In this document: positions 1-12,265 of the stretch, piece after piece
Position numbering within the stretch: position 1 is the first letter of the stretch
How the letters are laid out: each line of letters opens with the position of its first letter
Assembly: GCA_020891255.1 (NCBI GenBank)
Contig: BQFW01000002.1
Location: 2,542,001-2,606,000, forward strand
Length of the DNA: 64,000 nucleotides
DNA from: Entomortierella parvispora E1425
Lineage: Eukaryota; Fungi; Mortierellomycota
Direction of reading: 5' to 3'
Notes under the pieces: model-generated
Told to the model about the DNA's origin: nothing
The model's database searches: none
The model's input: the letters and a program-made list of their open reading frames with translations, nothing else
Made by a program: the position numbers and the translations under genes

Positions 1-3000
1 CAATCCGGAGTGCCACAACACATCCTCCAACCTTCCAAATCGAGTCATCCAAACCACGAGGGGCAGCAACCAAAGGATTTCCAACAAGGATACCGATCGC
101 CGACAATGGATTGATTCCACGATGGATCCTTGGGATTGCAGAGTTGAAAAGAATCCGGCAGAACTGATCCTTTTGGTTGATACCTGCAAGAGCGCCTACA
201 GTCCTGGTATCTGCAGAATCCAATAGGTTACCCCCAGAGAATGCAAAAACAAGCTTGTCCTCTGGGATGCTGTTTCCAATCGTGCCTCGGATGGCGTTCA
301 TGAGGGCGATCTGCTCTTCGTGATTACGACTGTTGGGTGAGGATCTCCGGCGGGCAGCTTCAAGGTTGATGTTCAGCGCCGTGGATGTTTCGTACGTCTG
401 GAACTTGCCAAGTGAGTCCTGGAAGTTGCCGTGGTATCTTGGGCTCAGATTATACAAAACGTCCATAATTTGGACATCGAGTGGTTCGTCCACAAGGTAG
501 CAAGGTCCTAAATTCCATGACAACGTGGATCCTTCTTTCTTGGTCGTCATCTTTGGCTTTTGGTGTCTTCCAAGATAACCCTTGACTTCACCACTTGGGG
601 ATGAAAGATATCCACACTTGATCTTATCTCCCAGAATGCCGTCAATGTAGACCGAGAGCGAGCCTCCTGGAATAGTCAGCTTTGGCTTGGAGTGCACCAG
701 AGCGAGGTGATACCAACGTCCAATCTCGAATGCAAAGTTGAAAGACACGGAGTGGTGATGAGAAACACTGACCACCAGCTTATGAGTCTCCGGCTCAATC
801 TGTACGCTCAAGAAACAGCGCTGATCTTCATCCGAGATCTCCAGGATTTGAATCGCCAGCTCGTCGTCAAAGGACTCAATGCAAAGCCAGGCCAAGAAAG
901 TATAGCCACTGGTCGGGGGAAAGTTGTGAGAACCGAGTGATCGGAGATCAAGCCGACTGTACCCATCAAACTGGACAAAGCTCGGCCATCGAGAATGAGT
1001 GACGCCGTGCAAGAGCATATCCAGCAATCCAGAACATTCGCCAAATGAAATTTCCTTGGTGGCACTAAACTTCTCCATGAGGTAACGGAACCCGACAGAT
1101 GACATGCCCATCTCGATAAGACGTTTCGATAATCGTGACATGATATCACGCTTGGCACCTCCATCGTCGTCAGTACCTCCGTTTTCAATAGCCTGAGCCG
1201 GATTGTCAAATAGAACCTTGAGTAGCTCGTCCAGCAGTCCAGTCTGACCCATTAAGACCTGATTCCTCCTGTTGGCGCAAGACAATGCAAACAGTGACAT
1301 CATCGCACAGAAAGCAAGAGATTCTTGGTCCTTAAGATCCATAGAGATCTTCCAGATGCCAAGGACGACATGTGGGTTTTGAACACAGATCTTGGGGCTA
1401 TTGAGCCACTTGGCGACCATTTCCGGCGTTTGTTCGACCTCGTCGGGGTTGTCAAAGATATGAAGCACAGACTCGTTCTGGATCGCAAAAGCAAACAGAA
1501 TTCCCAGCATGCTGGCGGTATCTCCGGAAGGACCAAAGACTCCTGTCAGCTGTAATGCGTCGGCTAGGGATCCGAACCCGATATGTTCTTCAAAGTAATT
1601 ACTGTTTCCTGGGTGATCCCGCATAGACTCTGAAAGGACAGAAAATACCTTGGTAAACAACTCCATCATGTCTGCTTTTGTAGGGATTCTTTCATCCGTT
1701 TTGGGGTCCCGACGCTGTTTCCGCTTTGGCGTCTCGAGCTTGTCAAACTGTTCGATCATCACATATGCGTCCTCAAGTCGAATCAAAAGCGATACGATCG
1801 AGACATATCCTCCACCTTCTCTGAAGACGTCCTTGAGCTCAGCGCACTCCAGGAAAACCTCACTCAAAGCGTTCAGGATCGCCATCTTCATTTTGAAGTC
1901 GTATCGGTTCAATGACTGAAGGATTTCACAAAGCTGTGTGAGTTGGTAGGGAGCCGACATCAGCTTAGGACCTTGAGATCCCGCCCCTGAACTGGCCGGT
2001 GATCTGACTGCTGAAGGTTCCTTGTCCTCCAAAAAGAATCGATAGCTTTCGACAACCAGCACAATGACCACTCTCAGGATTCCATCGCGGGTCTCATTAT
2101 AATGGAGCAGTGAAAATAGGTCTCCGCGGAAGCTGTAGAAAAAAAATATATTAGACCATGGCCTAGAAAATACATGACAGGATACAGCTGTGACGAGATC
2201 GCTAAACATGACTCGACTTACGTAGACTGGAAGAGGGCAATGTTACTCCTACTTCCTCGAAGCAACTCCACCAAGCATCCCATGATACTGTTGAAGTGGT
2301 GGACAACTTCAATACCGTACTTGCGTGGCTTGGATACACCAGATGTGAAAGCTTTTCCGAAATCGATCACTGACAGACGATTGTTGAAACTAGGACTTCC
2401 AAATGTTTCTCGCAAGACGATCGACAGCTCCTCCAGCATGTTGCAAAACATATCTATCAAGCCAACTTCCCGTAAAACGTCTTTGAATCCTGGCGATGTT
2501 TGGAGAAGACTCGCTACTGTGTCACAGACCAGTGCTGTGGTTCTCGGAGAAGAAGTTCCTTGAAAATGAATGGAAAGGATCACAAGATCGCGGAATGGTA
2601 CGTAGTTCAAGTCCTTGAGTACAAAGGTGAAAAGCTCCATCACAGATGCCTATTAGGATTTATAATAGTCGACGTTAATACCCTGCCTTTGCCATGGCGA
2701 TATCTGTTACTCGGCGTGGACAACGAATATCCTACCTGTAGGTCCGGATGGTATGTGTCTAGCCGCTCAATTGCATATGAGAGAATATTTAACCTCTCCA
2801 ATAGGAAATAGTTCATAGGATGGTCTCTAATGATGGAAAGCAGGGTTGCGAATACAGTCAACGAGAACTGATTGGGTGGTGCATCCTGTTCCTTGTTTCC
2901 GGGTGGCAAAAGTGTCATGGCAGAAATGTTGGGGTATAAAAGCGCCGTGACCAACACTTGGCACGCCTCCATGTTTCGAACGACAGCACCAGCTAATAGG

Positions 3001-5240
3001 GTACACAAGTTCGAGTCATTAGCATCGATCACCATTGGATGATAAACGCATTTCGGATTTTGATGAAGTTTTTACCATGCTCAGGGCCCACCACCGGGAG
3101 TGTAAAGTCTATTTCAAAATGTATGAGGTTAGAAAAAGAATAACAGACATTGACCTGTCATATTTTTTAGCACATACCATGATGCTGATATGGAGTGCCC
3201 TCTTCTGGTGTCGGCAGAGCCTCCTTGTCGATGAAAACCAACTCTTCGATCAGAGAGATAATGGTATACTAAAGTCAAGAATAATAAAAAATCATCAGAT
3301 CATGACTCAATACTGCCCAGCATCTTCAATATGAGGTTACCTTGAATGTCAACATATCCTCATCGAAGGGTGGAGAGACGAGGAGCATCGCTAACGTCTC
3401 GTATATCTTGTTGGCCTTGAAATCATCTAGCAACACGCTTGACATCAATGACGATTTCTAAAGAGTGTAAAGCTTAGTTAGTTGAAAACAAGAATAAATG
3501 ACAACAGACTTGGACAACCCTGTACAGTTACCTTGATCAACTTGACAATGATCCGCAGAATAAGAATCCCTTCCTCCCTATGTACAGAGTCTATGCTTCC
3601 ATCCACCAGATATTCGCCCAAAGCATCTGATAAAAGCTTTGCACACTGCTTGGAATGGAGATATGGCATCACATCGGTTTCTGTTGTTTCTACGACAAAG
3701 TCAAGCACGTCCATAACCCTGTATAACAAATGATGCACGTTAGAATACCTTTGTCAAACATTGTCGTCAAGTTATGGCAGTCTACATTACCTAGCCTTCC
3801 ATATATACAGTTCCGCTGGATCTCCCCCGAGTGTATTGCTACGCTGGATAACCAGCGCCTCAAACATCTCGTAGAACTCGTCGCTTCCAATCAAAACAGA
3901 TATGACTGGCTTTCTCCACAGCAGCTTTTTCAGTGCATTCGTCAGGGTCGATATAACTAAAATCGATGCCACACTCTGTTCTTGGGGATCCTCAAACTCT
4001 TGGGACGGAAACTCGACAAAGTTGAGGAACACTTTCAAAAGTCCCGAATGCACCTTTTGTTGCGCAAGGATGGTCAGCAAATTGTCCTAATGTGAACGGG
4101 AGGTTTTGTGGTATGAGTACATTGGGTAAGAGCAGAGTGCCATGCGTCGGGCTCTCGCTTAGGTTATTCGTTCTTACCGGAGCCTTTGAGAGAATATCGA
4201 TGGTTTTCAGAGCATTGAATGTCTCTGATCTCCGTAGAACCTTCATGTATTCTATTCGTGATCATATTCTGTTAGATTCTCCGATACAAGCACAACCATT
4301 GAGTGAAAAATGGGGGGAGAGATATGGACAAACCTAGACTGGCCTTCTTCCGCGGCAAAGATAGCTTTTCTACCGAGTCAATAGCATTGACGATCTGGGC
4401 GCTGGCCATTGCCGTAAATGCCTTGGTATCATGGATGCTAGAGTGGAAAGGCAGGAGTTACCGTCAACGTCTGCGCAAATGAACTCTCGTTAGGCTGTCC
4501 TAATCTTTTTGCCATCCGGGAATATCTTTGGTGTCAAGTACAAGGGGGCTGTATCCACGTATATGCCCTCCTGGCCAAATGATAGTCAAGATGATCTGCC
4601 CCTGTTGATCTGGTCACGCCACGATCCTGCGAATCCGTTCGCCGACGAGAAAGTAACTGCTTCGTCGAGTTTCGAGGGAATGTGCGGGTTGGAACTCACC
4701 TCTCCGACACTTGCTGGCCAGAGACCTGTCTGCCAAAAATGGAAGCAAACAGTTGGAGTGCTATCTGGAGTTGCTGGTTTCGCTGCTACGGACAGAAAGG
4801 AGCAAAAGTCAGGGTGGAACGGAGAACGTGTAAACCGGGCGAGTCATTGTTGGTAGGGTCATTGGTCCAGTACCTGCTCCTGGTCAGCCTCCATGCATGC
4901 AAAAAATGCTGCTCGCAATCTAACAAGGGTGATTGTTCGCAAAAAGAACGTGCACGATCAGTCGGAGCACTCTGCAACTCCAGAGTCCCAGTGACCATTG
5001 TGCGCGCGAGAGCGACAAAGGGCTCACGGCTGTGTCAGCAACATTGCAGGGTTGATTGAAGAAGAGACGCTGCACGTACTGAGCGAGTTGCGCATGCGAG
5101 GTCGCATTCTCGGGCACCGCGCCCGCTACGCCGGTCGAATCGCGTTCGTCCCAGCTGTTCTCGAGATCACGCTCCGACTGCGAGTCCAGGTAGGAGGATG
5201 CAGGTAAGGGCTGGAACTTGCCGACGAGGGTCTTCCACAT
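1..5240 (-). CDS. BEACH-domain protein, WDFY3/Alfy/Bph1-like; N-terminal part only, multi-exon, continues beyond position 1
   Basis: Probable ATG at 5240 (MWKTLVGKFQ). Spliced exons give LRAAFFACMEADQEQ-QRNQQLQIALQLFASIFGRQ, then FKDVLREVGLIDM, then SMRDHPGNSNYFEEHIGFGSLADALQLTG. A long terminal exon contains LSWNLGPCYL and LSPRYHGNFQDSLGKFQTYETSTALN and reaches IWKVGGCVVAL. These match WDFY3/Bph1-type segments as I recall them. The BEACH/WD40 end lies outside the window, and the 5' exon boundaries are approximate. Confidence 0.8.
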
Positions 5241-5705
5241 GGTGTGGACGCGTTAAAACTTTTTTTTTTTTGTTCTTGCCGTTGTTAGATAGGGTATGAT
5301 AACAGGCAAAGATTGACCCGAAGAGTGTGTGCGAGCTTGGAGGACAGAGGACAAAGGACAATGAAAGAAAGAGACAAAGAGCGACTTAGCAATGGACTCG
5401 GTCGAGCAGGGACATTCAGAATGAGAGAGGAGAATGGCGCTGCGAGTGAAATGCGATGCGATCCGGTGAGAGCGGGACAAGAAGGAGAGCGCGCGAGGGA
5501 AGAAGGAGAGGAGAGGAGAGGCGAAACGAAAAAAAAAAGAAAGAGAAAAAGAGCGGCGCGAGATTATAGGGGGCGAATGATGAAAAGACGAACAAGTGGA
5601 AGAAGAAGAAGGGGGTGTGTGATGGATGGGATGGGATGGGATTGGATTGGACTGGCGTGGACCAGAAAAGGGGGAGAAGAGAGAAAGAGGACTCTTTCGA
5701 GGGAA

Positions 5706-5757
5706 GGAAGCAAGGAAGCAAGGAAGCAAGGAAGCAAGGAAGCAGGGAAGCAGGGAA
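5706..5757. repeat. (GGAAGCAA)n-type 8-nt tandem repeat in divergent promoter region
   Basis: Directly visible gcaaggaa units degrading to gcagggaa. Confidence 0.9.
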
Positions 5758-5914
5758 AGAAGAGAAGAGAAAAGAGAGAAAGAGAAAGGGCTGTTGTGCA
5801 GATGAGAGAGAAAGAGAGATCTGCTCTCTTCTCTCTTTGTCCATGCTCTCCATCCCTGGCCACTGGATGCAACCAGACCCTCATTCACACGCACCCCTCT
5901 TCTGGACTGGCCGT

Positions 5915-5953
5915 GGGCAGGGCAGGGCAGGGCAGGGCAGGGCAGGGCAGGGG
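5915..5953 (+). repeat. (GGGCA)7 microsatellite, G-quadruplex-capable
   Basis: Seven consecutive gggca units followed by gggg. Confidence 0.9.
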
Positions 5954-6164
5954 ATGCTGCTATGTAAAGGCCCATGTATATAATCATCTCAGCCCGGTCC
6001 CTGCTGTCCGCGGGCTGTGCCTCTGTTTGTTCCGAGGCTTCCTGCTATTCCCTCCGTCGCTGTGTGTCTGCCAGTAGGCCTCGATCCAATGTGGTACTGT
6101 GCTTGGATGGTTGTGTTCAGCAAGGACAGCCGTGTGTCTCCTCGCCTTCAACCTTTCTCTCTCC

Positions 6165-6207
6165 TTGTCCTTGTCCTGGTCCTGGTCCTGGTCCTGGTCC
6201 TGGTCCT
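6165..6207. repeat. (GTCCTG)n hexamer repeat
   Basis: Reads gtccttgtcctggtcctggtcctggtcctggtcctggtcc. Confidence 0.9.
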
Positions 6208-6627
6208 TTGCCTCTCCTCTTGTTCATCTTCCTCCAGACACCATCCAACCAAACCAACCCACAAAAGCGCGGCACGGAACCCATTCACTCACAGACACAC
6301 AGCGACGCGTCTTTTTCGCTCGTGTCCCTCTCCTGCCAACCCACCCCGCAGAGCCGACTTGTTCACCCACCAAACACACGCGTGCTGGCCGCCCAACGAG
6401 ACCCAAATCCACGCCATCATCCTCCGTTCCTGTCCCTGCAAAGGCTCTTTTTTTTCGCTTCTTCCTCTCTTTCCTCTTTTCCTCTTTTCCTTTCCTCTCT
6501 CGTTTCGTCTCGTCTCCTCTCTTTCCCGCTCAGCTCGCCCCAACTCCATCCCCACTGACCGCCATCTGTCCATCTCTTCATTCTCTACATCAGCTACTTG
6601 ACTGAATCACATACACACCCCTCGGGA

Positions 6628-9600
6628 ATGGATCACGCCGTCTTCAACACCCTGACAGACACGCTGTCTCAAGATGCCAACGTGCGCATGGCTGCAGAGC
6701 TCCATCTCAAAGAACTGCAGACTAATCCAGGTAACTTGCAGAGATGTCTGTTTGCGCATCACCTTCGCCTTTGGCAACGTAGCCACGGAAAGCAGCGAGC
6801 ACAAACTACAGGCGCGTCTTGTCCTCTCCGCCGAACTTTTGCATGTACACTGATGGGCCCCATTCTAACTGCATACCTCGCGTGTTCCTGAAATGCAACT
6901 GTGCACAGAGTTCCCGATCAGTCTCTCCAAGCTGGCCTTGGCGCGAGAGTGCGACCTCTCCCCTCGGCACTCTGCTGCGGTCCTCCTCAAGAGCTATGTC
7001 GACAGTCAGTGGTCCGAGAAGAGTCCAAAGTTTCGTGGGCCAGAGCCCCCCACAGAGGTAACCGGGTGTTTTTGGTCTGGGATCGGGTTTGCCACCAATT
7101 TCAAACTGTTTGCTCCTTTGCTCGCTATCCTTACAACGAGTTCGATTTCCTTTTGGCTCTCTCGTCATGGACCTTTTAATAGACCAAGGCCATTGTCCGC
7201 AACCTCATCTTGACAGGACTCTCCGATCCTACCACCAGAATCCGCACCGCCTGCGTAAGAAAATGTCCAATGGATTCAGACTCTTTGATGGCGCACTATT
7301 CGGCTCACAGATCGCTGACCCCCTATCATGATATTTCAGGCTTATGTTGTATCAAAGATTGCCCATCTTGACTGGCCCGACTCTTGGTCCAACCTACTGG
7401 ATGTTCTTGTGCATCACCTAAAGAGCGGGACGACAGACGAGGTCCATGGTTCAATGAGAGTCCTGGCAGGTGAGTGACCAACACAATCGAACGACCATCC
7501 TGATGCTGCACAGGTCGCTTAGACATTAACAATCATGGTACCCGTAACTCCTGTTGTAGAGTTTGTTAGCAAAGACATCTCTCATGTTCAGCTCCCAGTG
7601 ATAGCGCCTGTCCTCTTTCCAGAACTGCTGCGGATTTTGAAATCAGAACAGGTCAGTGAACGCGACACCTTTTTCATGTGTAGAGAGAGACACACTCATC
7701 CCAGGTTTCGCGTTACTAACGCGTCCACGATGGATTCCATATTCTCTAAATTACTATTGGCAAGTGTAGGCGTACTCCCATGCCACTCGCTCCAGATGCG
7801 CCTCCATCTTTCGGCATGCGGTCGAAATGCTCTTCACTATCAAAGATGAACATCCAGAAGACGTGAAGACATATCTCACACCCATTTTCGCGGATTGGAA
7901 TGACGCCTTCCTTGCAATTCTCAACAAACGCACCACCGACTCGCCCGAGATTGAGGTCGCAGAATGGGGTTTGAAAGCAGAAATATTGAAGGTACTATTC
8001 TATCTCAAGGAAAAAGAAGACTTAAAATGCAGCATGCAAAGAATCTCACCGTTCCTTATTCCTTAGTGTATCAATATGTCGACTGCTGGCTTCCCAAAAC
8101 TCACAGGACCCTACGTCATGCCGGTACTCTCCGCGGTTTGGCAGGATATTGTTCAACTGCGACCAAGGTATCTGCGAGAGAGTGTCAACAGTAACCCAGA
8201 AAGCACGTGGAACACATACCAAGACTCGGATGGCGACAACATTGGGTTTGAATCATTACTCTTTGTTCAGTTTGAATTTATTCAAAGTGCGTGCCGGAGG
8301 GTCAAACTGACAAAGAATGCATTCATCGGCGAAGATGGTCAATCAGGGATCATACATGAGCTCGTATGGAGCGCTTTAAACTATATGCAAATGACGGATG
8401 AACAGGCAGAGTCTTGGAACGCCGATCCGAACCAGTTTATTGCTGACGAGGAGGATGACAGCTGCTCATTCAATGTGCGCATTGCCGCATTAGATATCCT
8501 TTTGACTCTGGTTGATAACTACGAATCTCGAACGCTGCAGACTCTGAGCTTAAGTGTGAATCAGGTCATGACAGACTCACTGAACGACAAGGCCAACGGA
8601 CTCCCTGGCTGGTGGAAAGCCCAAGAGTCCAGTCTATTGGCCGTAGGACTCATGGCAGAGGATATCTGCGATGCGATCAAGAACGGGGAATCGTCCCCTA
8701 TTAATGTTGCGGCTCTTTTCGACCATGTTGTCCTGGCTAATTTGTCCGCTCACGACATTCCATTTCTTCAAGGACGGTCGTTTATTTTCGCCTCCCAGTT
8801 TGCCCCCATCTTACCTGTCAACTTGGCGGCGCAATACGTTTCGGCCGCTGTAGATGCCATACTTAATGCCCAGTCAGCCGTTGTCAAGGTCTCTGCTCTC
8901 AAGGCTCTTAACAACTTCAACCAATATCTCAACAAGGAATACCTTGCACCCCATCAACGAGCCATTCTGCAAGGAATTGCCCCACTTATCGAAATCACCA
9001 CAGAGGAAACTCTGACGTTGATCTTCCGCACGCTGAGCACAACTTCCAAGGTAACTTGATGAGAATCCAAGTATTATCATTGCTGTTTACAGAATGAGAA
9101 CTGACACCTCGTGTTTAGATTGACGAGCAAGTAACAGCCGAATACGAATCCATCTTGGGTCCCTTGGTCATGGAGTGCTGGACAAAATACCCTGCAGAAC
9201 ACTTGATGGCGCCTACAGTTATGGACTTTTTTGAAACCTTGGCAAGCAATCCTTTCATGAATCCTGCCCTGAGCGCTAGAGCGCTCCCAGTTCTCCTGAA
9301 CATGATTTCGGTTGAGTACCCTGACAAACCTATGATGGCTGCTGCCATTGACTTGCTTGCTGCCTTGATTCGCGGTGGACCTTCGCCTTTACTTCCAGGA
9401 TCGATTGCTCAGATTCTTCCGAACGTCATGTCTGTTCTCCTGACTCTAGAAGACCGTGATATTTTACAGGTAATTTCACCTAATTTATTTGGAGTTTTCT
9501 ATCTTTTTGAAAAGATATCAGGATGTAATGAAGAATCCATCATTCGGTAATCTAGAGCGGACAAGAGTGTCTCAAGGTTGTCATTCAGAAAGATCTGCGG

Positions 9601-10964
9601 CAGGTTGTAGAATGGTAATGATTGTGATGTTTCTTTCTGGCGCCTTGGTAGAACCATATCCGAGATCTCACGCGCATTATTATCTTTTTTAGGCGCGAGC
9701 CAACAAGTGGAAAGACAGGTCTAGAACTCCTTCTCCAGTTTATCGCCAAGTTACTCGATCCATCTCAGTCCGAGTCTGCAGCGTTGTTTGTGGGTGATTT
9801 GATTTCCAAGTTAATCAAAAAGGGGGGAGATCTCATCTCCCCGATCCTACCAGAGCTTTTGAATGCGGTGACCATCCGCCTAGTGGATGCAAAGTTACCC
9901 TCGTTTATCCAGGTAAAACATCAGAAATAGCCTCTACTCTTAACCAAGAAGCTTGTGTTGTACCCTCTTGTACTTTCATACTAACTTCTCATAATTCTCT
10001 GAATATTGATCCAGCCTCTTCTCATGGTATTTGCCCACTTGTGCATTGATCAGCATGAAGTGGTTATCAACTTTTTGAGTGGTCTCACGGTTCAGGGACG
10101 AAGTGGACTTGATGTGGTACTTTCAACCTGGCTGATGAACCACGCGGATTTCCAGGGCCTTTACAGCCAGAAAGTGAGGTATGCAATCCGTGAACCATGA
10201 TTTATTGCCAAAACTGACATGAATGATTGTGTAAGGCTAACCGCCTCTACTTTCAAAAACACATAGTGCTGTCGCTCTGACAAAAGTGTTTGCCCTGTCA
10301 GATCCTCGTGTCCTTGCCATTCAAGTGAAGGGTGATATGATTATCACGACCTCCTCACGTCGTGTAACTCGATCCAAGGCCAAGAACAGTAAGTTTTCTA
10401 TGGCTGGTACCTCTTTCTTGCTTCTTGACTTCAAGTAGGACCATCTAACACCACCCCTCTATGCTAATAGCCCCCAACCAATACACTGTTACCACAGTGC
10501 CAGTGAAGATTATCAAACTTCTGTGCACAGACCTGACCAACAAGATTGAGGAAGAGTATGCAGGGGAGCTCGATTCTGAGGAAGAAGATGACGATTCTGG
10601 CGACGAATACGAAGACGATGAACAGAACGAGGAACCGGTAGATGAAACACCCATCGGTCGTCATACCTCAGGAGCAGTCCAAAATAGCGCCAAAGGAACC
10701 TCTGTCAGAGACCAGTATGCATTCCTATCGGATTATTTGGAATCTCAAGGACGCCCACTCGATTATTTTGACGCTGCAGAGGACGAGGCCGATGTGTTGG
10801 ATACGGATGTGCTGAACGATCCCATCTACCAAATGGACATGAAGGACTTTTTGGTCAACTTTTTCCAACAGTGCATTCAGCAAAACTCTCCAGCTTTTGC
10901 CGAGTGTGTTGCAGAGCTCAGTGAGGTCCAGAAGCAGACACTGTCAGCCCTTCTTGAAAACTAA
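6628..10964 (+). CDS. IPO9: Importin-9 (Kap114) family karyopherin, multi-exon
   Basis: ATG at 6628 gives MDHAVFNTLTDTLSQDANVRMAAELHLKEL (IBN-N-like). Later segments are RHSAAVLLKSYVDSQWS, WNADPNQFIADEED...VRIAALDIL, WWKAQESSLLAVG, PFLQGRSFIFASQF and TTVPVKIIKLL followed by an acidic tract and DPIYQMDMKDFLVNFF. Stop at 10964. Confidence 0.9.
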
Positions 10965-11217
10965 GCGGGTCAAGGACAAAGGGTTGGCTTGGCCCACTTC
11001 TTCCGTTTCATTGGACCAATCAGCGATATATTTGTTGAACAGAAAGGACAGATATGTAGATAGGAATACGTGGTATAAAACGGTTTCTTTATTGTACAAT
11101 GCCTCCTCGGAGATGCGGACGGGACTGTGGTCAGAGTGTCCTTTTAGAGTTGGTGGTGAATTTGGCCCAGCTATCCCGTTCCTGCTTCCAGAGACAATCA
11201 AGTAGGGGATCTCACGA

Positions 11218-11785
11218 CTATTTGGCATCCTCCACTTTGTATGTGTTCTCGTTCAGGATCTGGTCAATATCCTCCCTGAGTTGATCGACACAAGACGCAT
11301 CCACAAAGACATGAGTGTCGTCCAGATCCTCAATGATGAATTGACCCTTTTCGTTCAAACCCAGGATAATCTGCTTCACAGCAGAGTCGCTATCACATGA
11401 AAAAAAAAAAAAAAAAAAAAAGGTCAGGGAAAACATTCTTTTTAGCTCTATGCGCCACCAATTTTCAGGAATGTAAAAATGCATGTGTCCTGATTTGTAA
11501 TTTCCTGAAGAGTGCATTAGAGCCTTTTTCATTGTTCCATTGCTCTATTGTCGACAAGAACCGGGACTCGAGAGGCGAGGTCAGGTAGCCGAGGAAAAGC
11601 ACAGCACTGCACCCAAAGCTCCAAGCAATTCATTCAGAGCTCTTCCGTTTTCTTTACCATTCGACAACGACACCTAACATGAACATGCACAACAGAATGA
11701 ATACAGGGACGACTCATGACTTTCTTTTTTATCCTTATTTCTTGAGCTCCTTTCAGAGGTGAATACCTTTAACAGCTTTGACCAT
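11218..11785 (-). CDS. TFB5: TFIIH subunit Tfb5/p8 (68 aa, 3 exons: 11785-11767, 11673-11658, 11389-11218)
   Basis: Spliced product [41 protein letters not shown]...NENTY. Both introns are GT-AG, and the exon lengths of 19+16+172 nt total 207 nt in frame. Confidence 0.92.
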
Positions 11786-12265
11786 GGAGCAAACGTTTTT
11801 TGGGGGTTGAGAGGAAGGTGTTGAAAGACGACATGGAGGGAAGCCCTCGTTTTTGAAAAAAAGATTGGATCACGTGAATGTAAAATTGGTGGCGTCGTCT
11901 TCCGACTCTTGCGTTGCGCGTTTGCCATCCCTCTCGATAGCACAATTTCTTGAGCGGGTATCGCACCAATGCTTTGTAACAACAATGGTGATGGCAGACA
12001 GAGCAACATATCTTATCGGCCTCGCTCTTGGTTTTGCACCGCCCTCGTCGCGATCGGGTTAATATTTCGGGCATTTTTTTTTTTCCTTTTTTTTTTCTTG
12101 TGCAAATGCAAGATCATCCTTTTATCCAGATAAAATCCTGGTATCCACATAGGGTCAAGGAAAGAAGAAAAGCCTCCACTGAGAGTACAGTGGAGAAGAA
12201 ATTATTATTTTATTTCGTAGAAAGAGTACATCCCAATAAATCGTCCAGCCGTGTTATGGCTACAC

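Noticed and set aside
5253-6605. Many overlapping 100-250-aa ORFs between the BEACH gene and importin-9
   Set aside because: They arise from GA/CT-rich microsatellite sequence that lacks stop codons, and the translations are low-complexity.
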